From Lingula anatina (lineage: Eukaryota > Animalia > Brachiopoda): a stretch of DNA of 64,000 bases. The stretch's first letter is position 1. Every line of letters starts with the position of its first letter. The position numbers and the translations under genes are program-made. The notes beneath the pieces are model-generated. The model was not told where the DNA came from. It worked only from the letters and a program-made list of their open reading frames with translations, and ran no database searches. This document shows positions 1 to 13,906 of the stretch, piece by piece. Where the stretch lies: NCBI GenBank assembly GCA_051362555.1, contig CM120645.1, positions 6,572,001-6,636,000 of the forward strand, in the 5' to 3' direction.

Positions 1-3000
1 TGGTACTTGGGGTGGGGCAAAAAGATAAAAAACATTTACCAGTTGAGGCAAGACAAATATTATCAAGTAGATGAGGAGAATTTCATTGTAACAATTATGG
101 CATTGGGTTGAAAAAACTGCTTGGTTTTGTGTTGAACTGTGCCTTTTATACTGTTTTGGGGAAGAAGGAGAATTAAAATAAAAGGAGGGGTGTGTCCAAA
201 GCTTGGGGGGGGGGGGGGGGCATGCAGGCCAACCAAGTGCAATCTTAATTTGAATAATCCTTATAAAAATGCATTGTATGAACATGGCAGAATTATACAC
301 CAACAACATGCATAATTGCCATGTGTCCCTTGTGGAACTTTTTTTTTTTCAATTTCCAAAAATGTGGGCAACTGTTGGACAAATGACATATTTCTAGGAG
401 TTGCTTCTCTTTTCAGCAAATAATTTATATGCACTTTATTATGATATGATAACACCAGCTAGTCCTCTTCAAAATGGTTATAAAAAACAGAAAACATTTC
501 TGCTTGTTGCCCAAGTTTCAAGGTATCACCAAGAGCCTTGTACAGAAATAGTGTACATTAAAGTGGTCTTTTCCCATGTGCTTAGCATACATACATGTAT
601 ATCTACATCCTGCACCATGCGTTCATGTTCATGTGAAGCTCTTGATTAAACCAGGAATGATCTTAATAATATCCCTGCATATTTAGAGTCACATCATTTA
701 AGACACTTACCTGTTAACCCCTTTAGGTGGCAGAGTATTCTCCCATTCCCCCCCCCCCCCCCCCCCCCCCCACCCCCGCATCCCTTTCTGTTTTGGCATT
801 TTGGTTTGTCACATTATAAAGCTTTCAGTCATGATTTGATATCCCTTGTGCTGAGTTTAGTATCAGTTTCTACTGTCATTCCTGGAAATAAATAGGTGAT
901 AGATAGCTAGCTAGAGAGGTGAGTTTCCAGTGCCCTTTGAAATGCAGGGTGATCCAATGAATCTCTTAATAAACAATATCAGCTATAGATCTGTTGATTA
1001 GACCACAAATATCCATAGATCGAGTCTGAACTTCAGGGTGTATTTTTAGTTGAGTTCAAGTTCACGAAGTGTTCATGTTACCAGCATGCTCTGGTTTTGG
1101 AGTCTGGTGTTTTGAGTCCCAAGTGCCTGGATAAGGAACAGGAATCTACAGGTGCTAAAAATCAAAGTGTATTGACCTGGTTTACTTTTCTCAAAAGAGT
1201 GGTGTACATTAAGAATGAAGTAATGGTTATTTGCTGTTTTTATATCCCCATTTCAGTGAAAGTAGGTGGTAAACAACAGCACGATAAAAAATGGTACCAG
1301 TCGTTGAACTAGTTTAGAAAATTGGGCCACCTTGGCAGATATGAGAGACTGTATATGGTTATATTACCTGAATCCACATTTATTGTCTCTCCAAAAATGA
1401 GTGCACTGGAAGAGTTTTATTTTAATATTTTGGTTTAGTTAATCTAATTTTCCACTTTAAGTTGAAAATAAATTGTGCTACTTTGACATTAAGATTAACA
1501 TCGAGGATAATTCATGTAATACAAAAAATATGTTCTTTTTACTTCTGCCTCTGGTACTTGTACAGACCTGTACAGCAGTGCAATCATATGATTAAATACA
1601 TTGTATATGTCTACATACACTATATCACTCCTGGGAATGATATATTGTAAAGTCCCCATGACCATGCAGGGACTATTTATGATAAAGGTAAAGTCTACTG
1701 AATCAGATATAATTGATCACAGGGTTTTCTGTGCTAATCCCACTCCTTTTGATATATATTACATAATACACACAAATTTTTTCTTCAATAGGGACACTTT
1801 ATGTGAGAAATGAGGCAAATACTTAGTACGCGTTAAGGTTGATGGGCACCTTATGATCTGGGTATACAAATGATAGCCTATTTTTGTTATATAACAACCA
1901 GGCTCTCATCTTCTTATTCACTTGACCATCATGCTCCGAACATGAGCTGCATGTATGAGCTTCATCTGATTGGCTGAGGGCATTTGGGGAGAATATCACA
2001 ATGGCCATAGTTTTATTTCAAAACTTGCATTACGTGCAGTGTTGATATGGCATAACTGTTGTGTAATTATTGAGATTACCCCTTGGTTTAATTAACCCAG
2101 TTTTTAATGCAACAAGTTTAGCATTTTGGACTTTATAGGTTTCCAGAAGTGTTTTGAGGTTTCCTTAAAGACCTTCACTTAAATACATTTATTATCAATG
2201 ATGATGTCATAAAAATGATTTACGTGTATGTGGCATCAATGCAGACGAAGAATATAATAGCTTGTATAATGTCATATATAATGGACTTCTTGTGTGAAAA
2301 GAATGAATGCAGTTAGTTGTAATTTTTGGAGCATTGATTGACAAACGCTGTTATGGCTTCCAAATAACGACTGAATAATAATGAAATATTAGATAAAGAT
2401 ACTAATGAAAAAAAATTTTCTTTTAAATGTGTTGCTCAAAGACAGTAATAAATTAACAATTTCATTGAATTCTGACACTTCAGTAATACATTTATCTTAA
2501 TCCTCACCTGGGTGGATTTTTCAATCATGTCATTTTACAAAATTAGAAATAATGAAGCAACACACTGCTTAAAAGTAAATTGTTCCTTCACGAAAATTAC
2601 TTGGAAGAAAGTGCTGCAAAAGGCAAATATATGATCAACTTTATTGATATTACTAATCAAAAATAGCAGCCCAGATTTTGTAATTGACTCTTGGCAAATA
2701 TAGACCCTGGAGGCCCTACATGTACAAAACAAACACAGTTGGAAGCACCGGTCAAAACTATCTAATCTTTTGTTCAACCAGCTGGTTTGTGTTATCTTTC
2801 CTCCTCCCCACGCTTGGTATGATATGATATGATCAGGTCCCCACACAAGCACTGGGGTACTTGTCTGCTTTAAGTTGGGTACGAAAAGAGGGACATAGAG
2901 AAAGATGAGAACGAGTGGAAATAAAGGAAAGAATTTAAATTTTAATCAAGAAATCAATCATAATATTGTAAGAAAATGAGTAAATTGTTCTATTACATAA

Positions 3001-4201
3001 AATGTTTTGAAGCAGTTGGTTCCTACTGTCACATTATGTATATATAATATTTGGAATTTACAATTTACTGTAGAATAAAGAGGCTGTACTGGTAATTAAA
3101 TCTGTATTTAGTGCTAATTTAATTAATTAATATTATTATTATTTCAATATGCAATAGAAAGGGAGGAGAAAGAAATGAAAAAGAGACAGACTGGGACAAG
3201 AAAACCAGCATATAATTTGGTGTTCCATGAAAAATCTTAATGTTTTTGCATAGTATAGAAATAATCAGGAGTCATATCAAATAAGAAAATAAACCAATAA
3301 ATTTTCAACTTGAGATCATTTTATTCATAAACACAGATCTTGCACAAGATGAAATTAATATCTGCCAGACCACAATACTCTTTTATTATTTTTAGCAATA
3401 AATGTTACTAGTTGATTCTACGTGTATATACTACTATAATGTAGTAATTCGTATTTATGCCCCTTGTAAACTCTGAACTCTTCAGATTTTGTTATAGTAT
3501 ACTAGTCCCTATAGATCTTTACTTTCGAAGGTCGGGCACTTTACCGTTGCTTACCAACATCATAAAACATATCTGAAAAGAAACGTACAACTCTTATATG
3601 TACAACTCACATATGATATAAAAAACTCCTTACTAAAAAACTTAACACTTCCTTGCTTTTGGCCTTGGAATTCAAATTTGTTTAAAATGTATTTTTACAG
3701 TGCACTTGCAATCTGCCAAAGATTTTGTCAAAGCAACAAAAATAGCAAGACCTGCTTGCCTAAATTATGTAACAAAATGGAGCCCATCAAAAAATGCATA
3801 GTTCACCACATGTTAACTGATTCGTCAACTTCAAACCCATTATTGAGTCATAGACTGCTAGGTTTCTGTCTTTTACATACATCTCCAGTCAAGGTACCAT
3901 GGGATAAATGTAACGTGCAAAAACTCTAAATACCTTACATGTTCCACACGTGATACATCATTGTTTCACAATGCAATTTCTAGGTACTCACATAGAACTA
4001 CATGTACCAGGACTTACTGACTTGTATTCAGTTATTAATACACTTTGCCCAGTTTTAGTAGTTTTGTAGTAAGTGCACTTTTATGGAATAAATAATAAAA
4101 TACCCAATCTCAATATTATGGCAGCAAGGCCAAAGGTGGCATCTTTCATGTGCATGTATCACAAGCACTTGGAGTCATTTTAAAAATGCTTTGTAAATGA
4201 T

Positions 4202-7200
4202 TTAACCAGTCACTTGGCATTTAAATCCTTCCTTTTGTAAGGCATAAACAACGCCATCATAAACGTCTCTGGCAAATTTACACGGCATCTTAAGTTTTGT
4301 GTCTTTCTCAAAGTCCCGGTGTCCATGATGGTAAATGCTGTTTTCCTCAAGGTTCGTAGTGGCGGGGTTGTATACTCCTGTCTCAACCAAGATGGCGTCA
4401 ATGCTCTCAACTGATTGGTCATGGAATTCCGCCTCCTCTGGGATCTTGCGGGAGTTGATAGGTATGGTTGTGCATGTCTCGGAGTTTCCGTTGTCTCGGA
4501 GGCTTTTTATGTACCTGTCATAGAGATTAGCGCCAACTATGTCAACCTCTGGGTTGTCACTGAAATAAAGAACAGAATTCTGTGTAAGGGAAATTTTGTT
4601 TTTGATTTATTTTTTAAGCATTGGGGGAAAATAGTTTAAATTGAAATAAAGTATATTTTAGGATTGATAATCAATATTTTAAGAAGGTGTTCCTGGTGCT
4701 AGTTACACGTACTAAAAAAGTAACAATGTGCATCCCCCCTCCAGAAAAATTACAAAAAGATAAAATTGGATTCTTTATCTGGTAACTTACCCAAAGAAAT
4801 AAAGCTTTTTAATTGGTTTTGTAATTCCCATTCTGCGTGCCTGGTTTGTGAGACAGTGTTCTGCATAACGGAATGTGATCTCACTGGGTTTCCCCACCAG
4901 AGCGCTGTACTTGAGATCTCTACCTGTGATCTTCTGCAAGACAACAAGTTAAGACTTTGTTTATAAAAAAAATTCCCAACTTCATTAGATACTGTTCGTA
5001 CAATAAAAGGGGATTGCGACTGTACCCAGTATCTACAAAACTTTATAATTCACAGGGCATATGTTAGGTATATGTTTTGTTTATTATTTATAATGTAATA
5101 AAGGCATACTAACTAGCAAAGATAAACAACTTCCCAACAATATTTTCATGATAAGAAAAAAATTCAGGACAAATCCTTACCTTGTATAAGCTTTCCAGGC
5201 AGATAAGGAAAGAACCATTGCCAAACCTTGCAAAAAAGGGTTACACATTAATGTTTATGTAATGAGTTTATCAATAAACACAATTTTCTAAATATTAATT
5301 ATCTCTGGCTTGTTTTTATTTTCAACAAGGGTAGTACTTGTGATTAAAAATTGTAATATGGGTGGGTTTGGTATAGAGTTGTGTATGGCAATGTGTCATG
5401 GGTCTATGTTTTTTTAATTATGTTAGATAAAATAGCGTTGGACATGGCAGCACAATAATTCATCAAGTCCAGTTGACAGCATATCATTTTGGCAATGTGT
5501 TAGATGTGACAGTGTGTTAAGTGTGTTAGATGTGACAGTGTGTTAGATGTGACAGTGTGCTAGATGTGACATGAGAATGTGTCAGGTAACTCACCTGGGC
5601 ATACATGCCTCTGCCATGAACACCAAGTCCATATTACATGCTAAGATAGGCAGGTGGTGGTCAGGGAACCCCTCTGGGGCAATCTTTGGGTAGCCATTGG
5701 TCAGTAAGAGGTCAATTAGGAGCTGGAGGTTAGTCTCCCATCTGTTAGGCTCTCCAAATGTGACGATGGCTTCAACTCTGGGGAACTCTTTTTCTTTGTA
5801 ACCATTTGTGGCCTGTTGAAAAGAAAAACATAAAATCATCATTAAATCATAATACAATAATCAAAATTATATTATTATATAATCATGGTTTTTGACACAG
5901 GCCTGGAATTCAAATTTAGTGAATTATTTCAAAATTAAACTTACCACTTTGACCCTATTAGCATGATCCACCATATCCAGGAGTGGGAAATGTTCTTTTA
6001 TATCCTCCATTGTACAAATATTGGTGAAACCAAGACTGTGGGCGAGTTAAGGAAATAACAGTGAGAGTATTGCTGAGAGTAGTAATAGTAGAAATATGAG
6101 ACAGAATCTGCATTAGGCTACTACTGAAAATTATTGAGGTGAACTGTGACTTACGTAGTACAGGTAAAAATATGACTGATATATGACAAGTATCAGACAC
6201 TGATTATGTAATTAAAGAAATAAAAATATGACACAGATTTTATTATCTAGATGAATAAAAATACCCCGTTATTTAACATTATTGCTGTGCAGTTTATTCA
6301 CAATTTTTTTCAGGTTTAATTCGGTAAACAAATGGAACAAAAATGTAACAGCAAATGCCAGATAATGGTTGTTTTATGAAAATGCCCCACCTAAAAAAGT
6401 CCCAATATAAACACAGCTACAGTATATCAGCTTCCAGCTTACCTTGTCATCAAATAAATATTCCATACCTGTTTAAAACCAGGTCGACATAGCTCAGTAA
6501 ACAAGTCTATCAATAATTAAAAGTGTGAGGCAGTAAATATAGCCTTATCTAGTGGGTGTCCTCACACTGGCAAAAATGACTATCTAGCTGACACTGGTGG
6601 CCAACATTAGTTTTCAAAATGCCTTGATTTATTGTCAAAAAAATTAATGAATAAATCAATACCAGAAAATAATTAGGATCTATGCAAAATAATGTGCATC
6701 CCTGTCAATACTGTCAACAAGCTGTTATTATCATACAGGTTACAGCCCAGCAAAAGGCTACCTCCACAAATCTGCATCCCATAGTGTGGCATGGACTCCC
6801 CCTCATTACTTAATTGACTGCTAGAGATACTATACTAGAACCGATCTTTAAAATCCTCCATTTGTTAACAACTTCTTCTACTCTAACAGACCTATCAATA
6901 AAAAAAAACAGAATAGAACATTATTGACTAATTAAAGAGAAGCCTATGTTTTAAAGGCCCACAGGTCTACTAATGCCTGTGTAAACGTCCCTTTGACAGC
7001 ACATCAAACATGCACTGAGGTTTACTAGAGTCGTGTCAAGAGGGACTGATGGGTGTCATTTGCGATAAAGTCTATTTACTTCTCGATATGATAACAAAGA
7101 CCATTCGGAAACTATGACTCTAAGTGAAACGAAAAAAAATAGCACTATTGCTGAGCTTCACGGGGTTAATGCCAGGTTATTTAAAATATTTAATATGTTA

Positions 7201-10200
7201 TAATGAGTTGGAGCAGTTACTGTAAATAGAATGGGAGATAATTGTCCTCAAGGTGACTTTTGGAAAACCCATCTTTTATCTTGGGGAGAGGTTTAAGTGA
7301 ACAGATGATCTTTGCCATGCAATGGCAATGTTGAATTTCTGATTAGTTAGCAAGGTTTTTATGGCAACACTTGAGGACAAACCAATATACACATTTCTAC
7401 AGGCTAAATTAAAATTCACACCCAATATACTCAAATATTTCTTCATGTTTATCAAGAAATTGAAAGGATACTCTTGGGCCATCTCCTGCAAAGGTCCCTG
7501 ACCGATGACCAGCACATGTTTGTCATGATATTTATTGAACACTGCCAATGGGCTCTGCGCATGCATTACCTGTTCTGGTAGCACCTGAAAATAGACAGGA
7601 AACCAACAATCAGTAAATTAATCAATCAAATAGAAAATATTTTAGTGGAGAGCTAATTAGTAGGTCAATCTTTTGATGGACCTTTTGATGTACTGAAAAA
7701 ATCAACCAGTTTTCCAATCATTCAGCCAATCAACCATTTCATCAATCAATATAATATTTATAGGCAGTTACTAGTTCTGGAATACTGGCAGACAAACAGC
7801 ATCAAAGAAATAACTCTGTAATGTGGTCCCTTTACTCAATACAAGAACCACTTAATGACTTTTGTTCTTAAGTCTATTAAATGATTTAAGAAGCTATAAT
7901 AATAATAATATGTGAATGGGCCAAAAATGTTTAAAACTCCACTTATAGTGCTATTAAATTTAAAGTTATGAGAAAAGCCCTTTTACTCCAATTATATTTA
8001 CCTCAATTCCCAGCCATTCTGAGATCAATTTGGCCTTCTTGCTGCTGGGGCTGCAGGCATTGGTGACAAATGCGATAGGAACCTTCATGGCACCATTCTC
8101 ATCCTGAAGGAGCCGGATCATCTTCTTCGAGGCATCCAGGCAGTAACTCCCCCTGCCGATAACACCGTCAACATCAAACAACATCCCAAAGTCAACCTGT
8201 AAGAAGATGGAAATAGCATTCGCACTCAAGCATGTCTTTTTCCCATTATCGATTGTTTTTTTCTAATTTTTCATTAATTCATTCATGCTTTAAACACATG
8301 ACCAAGAAAAAAAGACAGTTTGGGGGAGCGAGAAGGACTAAACGTTTTTTTTTTGTGTGTGTGTGTGTGTGATAATCAAATCGAAATATGGTTTTATTAT
8401 ATTACTTTTCTAGATTGTCCCACCAAGTTATTTTGATTCATTATCACAACAGCAGTTGTTTTGAGTCCTGTCATGAAAAAAAGTTCCATAGTGCAAGTTC
8501 AACTCCCTCGCCTTTTTCGCCCACAGCAGGTTCCCTTTCAAGTCGCTTATTTAAATGTCTGGGATATTTGCCTAGTAATTATAGTAATTTTGGAAAGATC
8601 TTCAGGAGAATTTTGTTTTTATTTAGCTTTTGTTTTTATTTTGTTTTTATGTATCTTTTGAAATAACCTGCATTTCTATGTAGGTTTTGAAATAGTAACT
8701 TTCTCCGTCAATGAAATACCAGCCATATCCATTATCCTAATAATAGCTAATTAATGCTAGGTATGTTACGCGTTCTAAATGTAACATGTTGGCATAAAAA
8801 AACTCTTACCAAACATACATGATATAATTTTAATTGATGCTAAGGTCCCGTAGTTCGTTCCTGCATTCCAGTTAAAAAAAAAAACATGTTTAGGGCTTAG
8901 ACATACTGTTTCCATTTACCTTTGTAGCCTAAATTGGAAAAAAAGTGCTGCTTTGGGGCCCATGTGAGTCAATTAATCTAACATGCCCTTTAAGTGAGCC
9001 GGGGCCCGACATGAGCGTCTGATTGATGAAAATGTGTCATCGTCCTGGAAACCGTACTTTTGTTGGCACCTTGCCCGGCATACAGATGCAGTTTATTTGG
9101 CCCCTTTTTGACTTCCTCTACAAATGGTGAGAATGCGGACATCAATGCAAGGAATTTGCACGGGATATGTTGTCGGGAAATGTCCGTGAAAACGAACACT
9201 TGTCCTGGCAACTTTGTATGTATGTTGTAGCACGCACGGCCCTAGCTGCTGCTATTTAGTATCAGGTGAAACTGAAAGCATCTCTAGCGACTTATTTGTG
9301 GTATTATGGTTCCCCACATTATTGCAGCCCAAGCAGATTTTATAACAAATATAACCCTTAATAGCCTCTGCATTTGATTTTCCCTTTGGATTGGGGGGGG
9401 GGGGGGGGGGAAATCATGGGTGTTCCCACAATTTGGGAAATGCTTCAGAGGCATCCCCCCCCAAACTCGTATCTCCCTCTTCTTGCGGCCCTGCATTTAA
9501 ACACGTACGAGTATTCCTGAACCGTTTACAAAACAACAATTTTTAAGTTAAAATCATGAAATAAAGAGTGAAAATTGATGAGAATAGAAAGACAAAGCCA
9601 GCCGGCTTTTTAATGTCAAAATTTCGAGTGTTTGACCAAGGAGTTATAACAGGATTCTAGGATTCTTCTAGGATTTTTTTTTTCATTCGGCCCATTAGAT
9701 TCTCAGACCTTGCTGGCCTGTTAGTGGAATAGTATCTGGCACAGACTGGTATCAGCAAGTCAGATAAAAAAGAATATAATTATTTCTATTTGCACGGTTG
9801 AAAAAAATGCCATCATAGACTGCATAAAACTGGAAAACTGTAGCAACTTAATCATTCTTATGACTTCATTTATTACTGCTTATGTGTAAAATTTTTGTTT
9901 TTGTTCTTCTATTGATATAATAAAATGGTTTTACTCACAGATTCTACTTTCATGAGTATAGAGTATAGAGTGCTTGAGTATAGAGTTGACTTAAAAGATA
10001 TTTTTAGTTAATATAGTAAATAATAGTTTGAAATTCAATATTCTCATCTTTATTTGTTTCACTTTAAAGAGCTCAGTGAATACTAAAATTTCTGATATAT
10101 TTTGTACATAAATATATTTATGAACGAATAAAAATTATTCTTAATGTATAGCACTGTGCACTTGTTTACCGACAAATATGAACAGTGTTAGTACGTGTCA

Positions 10201-12260
10201 AATAATCCTGAAAAAAAGGGAAATTTCCATGATAAAGAAATTTATAACGAGTATTCAGTAAACTGACGTGTCGTGGCATTGCCTCAACCTTGGATTAAAA
10301 TTTTAATTAAATGCATTATAATATTAAAATTATACCGAGTGAGAGAAAAAATACTTTAAGAAATTTAAAACCAGACACAAAGCGTAGGCACTGTCACAAT
10401 GTATATGTTTATGGGACCCAAGGGCAGGAGGGTCCAAACGTTAATGTATTAATATTATGTCCTTTGGCAGCGAGGACAGACGTTCACTTGAACGTCATTT
10501 TCACAAACCACAGTTGGGACGTTTTCTTTTGACTTCTCCTTGGTGATTTTTCACCGGGTTGTGCCATAAAAAAGCCATCTATCACCGACTAAAAAAAGCT
10601 CATGGCGACCATCCTCAGTCACCACCTTATAATCGCTTTCTATGATATCGTTCCCTTCCAGCACATCGTCCAAATAATTACCTGTGAAAAAAATCGTCAG
10701 CATACAACGGCGCTTTGACATTACTGATCTCGAATTCTAACGCGAAATAACGCATATGAAATTTATCTCCAAGCTGAGGAGAGCGACGCAGACGAAACCT
10801 TGAGACCGGAGGCCCCCCGTAGCTAGCTCCGCCCACCGTAACAGACATCGGACAATAGAAAGGCTTGCGTGTAATCTCCTTCTGTTATAACTCCTTGGTT
10901 TGACAGAAAAGAGACCATGCAGAAACGCAACGCGGTACAACAACTGCGACTGGTGTCTCGGGTACTTTTAACTTTTTTTCATTACGTGCCCTGAAAATGA
11001 CCCAATTTGTAAATAAGTTCCAAAGTTCATATCATTGTTGAGCTTTAAAAAATGCTCACAGTGTAATTATTTTTTGTTCACAAATTCCCTTTCTTTTTGT
11101 TCTACCACGCTACAGTGTATATACAGCATATGGAAAGAATCATCCAATTTAAATAGATTTAACAAAGCAAACTGACCAATGTCGTTTATTAAACCAGTCA
11201 GTCAGCACCTTGACACGGCGGGTTATTGTTTGTTATATTTTGTCCAAGGCAAAATAAAACACAATTATGGTATATTGCACGCACTATGTACGTCATAGGA
11301 AAAGAAACCGGTTTCAGGAAGAAAAAAAACTATTTAACCCTTAAAATACCTTTAAGTGCTCAGAACCTTTCGTGTTTCTTAAACTTTCTTAATACAATGG
11401 CAGTATTTTAACGCCAAGGCAACAACTCATCGCAATGTTATTTTTGAGTGCAAGTGGTTGCGGGCCGTAACCTGGGCACGCGCCTTTGTTTACATCTGCA
11501 TAGCGCCATCTGGCGGCTTCGAGTAAAATTTACGCGCGCGGTGGTCCTTGTGCGCTTTTCTCTATTCTACAGAACAATATCAGATTGTCGCCTTTTCTTT
11601 GTGCCATTAAGACCTATTCACACTTGTTATCGTTGCGGAATTCTCAAGTATTAGAGTGTCATCCGATCCATCATCAAATTCACGTACAGTTCACGTGAAG
11701 CGCTTTTCAATCGATGTTCTTAATGAGCAAGGAGCAAAGTCCAACGTTTTCGCTACTCGTGATGTATTTTTACTCTGTTGCTACCCCGAGAATAGCACGC
11801 ACCCTGAGAACGGCAATTAAACCATATTCAAAATTACACGATTCATTCCTTGGTTAAGTTATGTTATTAGTGCAGGTGCAAACGTAGATTGTTTGTCTCT
11901 GGACATACTTGGAAATAGATAAAAGTCGCAGCACATTAACATACTTAATTTCCTACAAAAGAGGAAAATTCATTTCCGAAAGCTTGATAACCGACCGTGA
12001 AAATTTTCTTTTTCAGAGCTGGGGGATTAAGTCTTGATTTTCCCCAAACTTAACTTGCAGTGTAGTCTCTATTCTAAAATAATACTAATAGTAATAACAG
12101 TCTAAATTAGTTGTCAATTTTTGCTGTTCGGATTTTTAAAGAAAAAATTAAGTTTCACCTGTTCTTCAACTTCATCGAAGATTTCTAGGCCTTGGACGTT
12201 CTCCGTCTCGCTGTCGACGCTCATGCAAGAGTCGCCGCTCGAATGTCGCTGGGGTCTCAT
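4202..12260 (-). CDS. HDHD5: HAD-superfamily hydrolase, HDHD5/CECR5-like (8 exons, ~421 aa)
   Basis: Exons 12159-12260, 8002-8196, 7472-7584, 5945-6035, 5595-5812, 5181-5226, 4791-4933, 4202-4559. All introns are GT-AG with consistent phases (1266 nt). Motifs: FGMLFDVDGV (HAD motif I), VTN, FPLLDMVD, EPNRWETNLQL, NMDLVFMAEACMPRFGNG, GKP, GDNPEVDIVGAN, HHGHRDF. The first exon (MRPQRHSSGDSC...EEQ) is the least certain part. Confidence 0.88.
5495..5575. repeat. 17-bp minisatellite (AGTGTGTTAGATGTGAC)x~4
   Basis: Tandem units visible directly, next to the donor at 5594. Confidence 0.8.
6036..7471 (-). other. U12-type (minor spliceosome) GT-AG intron of the HDHD5-like gene
   Basis: 5' splice site GTATCCTTT at 7471-7463; branch point TTCCTTAAC at 6054-6046, ~10 nt before the AG; no polypyrimidine tract; splicing restores the frame (AQD-LGF). 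Confidence 0.92.
9637..10897. mobile_element. Non-autonomous P-element-type DNA transposon (~1.26 kb) in HDHD5 intron 1
   Basis: Perfect 16-bp TIR CAAGGAGTTATAACAG (9637-9652) / CTGTTATAACTCCTTG (10882-10897); CA..TG termini; 7-bp TSD GTTTGAC (9630-9636, 10898-10904); no transposase ORF recognised. Confidence 0.8.
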
Positions 12261-13737
12261 ATTGCTTCAAATAGTGTCAGATACAAGCAAACCAGCATAC
12301 AATATCGACTATGACTACAACAAAGAAACTCACTGCGTTTGATAAAGTACGCTTGTGAGCTACCGCAGCACACAGAGAGGCAAAGAGATATTCTGGTTTG
12401 TGTGGCAACCTGCAGGGGCTTTTATACCATGAGAACAGCGTACGTAGAATGTAAACAGAGTAGTACACGTGGTCTCGCTCGTTTCGGAAAATCCAGGGCA
12501 TGTCACTGACCCGGGGAACTGGGTTATCTTAGGAGTCCGCAAATTAATGTGATACCGGGCCTGAGTACGTGGAGTTCCTATGACGCACACGACGTGGTCC
12601 CCCACCGCCCGACACCACCCAAAATATCTGTCACTACTTTAAAAAAACGGCAATATTTAAAAACAAACATGTTGTTTTGAACTTTACTTGAGATGCTTTT
12701 GATTTATATTGACAGAAGGGAACATGTCAAAAAAGAACGCGATAACGGGAGTATGATGTGAGATCAACGCATTACGCGGTGATATCAATGTCGTGGTTGT
12801 TTTTTGTCCTTCACACAGAAAGGTCATTCCATTTATCACGTTCACTGATTAAAACAGAGAAATGACGATATTTTCGTCAATTTTCAAGGTCAACAATCAA
12901 CTCTGAATTCCAAAACATCAATTTCATTAAACGCTACTTGTCCAACAATTGGACTTGGCTAATCAGCATATTTGCTTGTTCAAATGTTTTGAAACTATTT
13001 CCTATTTTGCAACCTGTTTGTCATTTGGGCGTTTTTGGTTCTCCTTGGCCGAGTTTCATTTGCATGTTGACAAGATATTGAACAAAAAAACAAAGACACA
13101 CTGTAATTTAGCATAGCAGCAGGTATCAAAACTTTGAAAAAAAAAAAAAAAAAAACAATTTTTGAATTGTATATCATATTTGCCCTTTGCTTCCTTTTCA
13201 TCTTAGCATAACGCACGATTTGAAGAAATAAACAACCCGATTATAAATTTAAAAAATAAAAGCATCGATCGCCACCTGCGTATTTAGTTGAAAGGGAGGG
13301 GCGTTCATGGCAGTACCAAAATGACAAAAAAAAGGGAGAAACAAAAGAAAAACTCTACTAGAGTAATAATTCTTAGTTTATAGACCAGCACTGATAATCA
13401 AATACAATGTTATATCGAACCTTCGATTTTCGTGTTATAGGTGTTATGTGATCACGGCAATATCCTAGTATCCCATCTAAGTATAGCGTGCACCTAAAAG
13501 TGCGGGCACTATTACTAATTGACATTTCACCTTAATAATCCAGGTGTGACCTAATTACTGAGGCAATAAACATGCTGTACACGTGGTCGCCGCGTTTGTT
13601 TTTGTTCGAGAACGCTGTCCTTAACCTGAACACGTCTCCCTGCCACGGAAGGTTTATTTTTGTTCTGGCACGACAAGGTGCAATATTTACATTACCGCGT
13701 CCTTCGACCTCTGTGACAGTGCTATGCCAAGGACAAA

Positions 13738-13906
13738 CACACACACACAAACACACACACCTTGCACTCTCTCTCTGTCTCTCTCTTTCACACACACACA
13801 CACACACACACAATGCACTCTCTTTCTCTTTCACACACACACTCACGCGCGCGCGCGCGCGTAACGCCAACACATACAGAGAGAGAAAGAGAGAGAGAGA
13901 GAGAGA
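13738..13906. repeat. Compound microsatellite (CA)n/(CT)n/(CG)n/(GA)n
   Basis: Directly visible; explains the spurious HTHT/CVCV/ERER ORFs. Confidence 0.95.

Noticed and set aside
10681-10760. Donor-like CAG|GTAATT and a short ORF as an alternative HDHD5 first exon
   Set aside because: Lies inside the P-type element, and no open frame joins exon 2 in phase 0.
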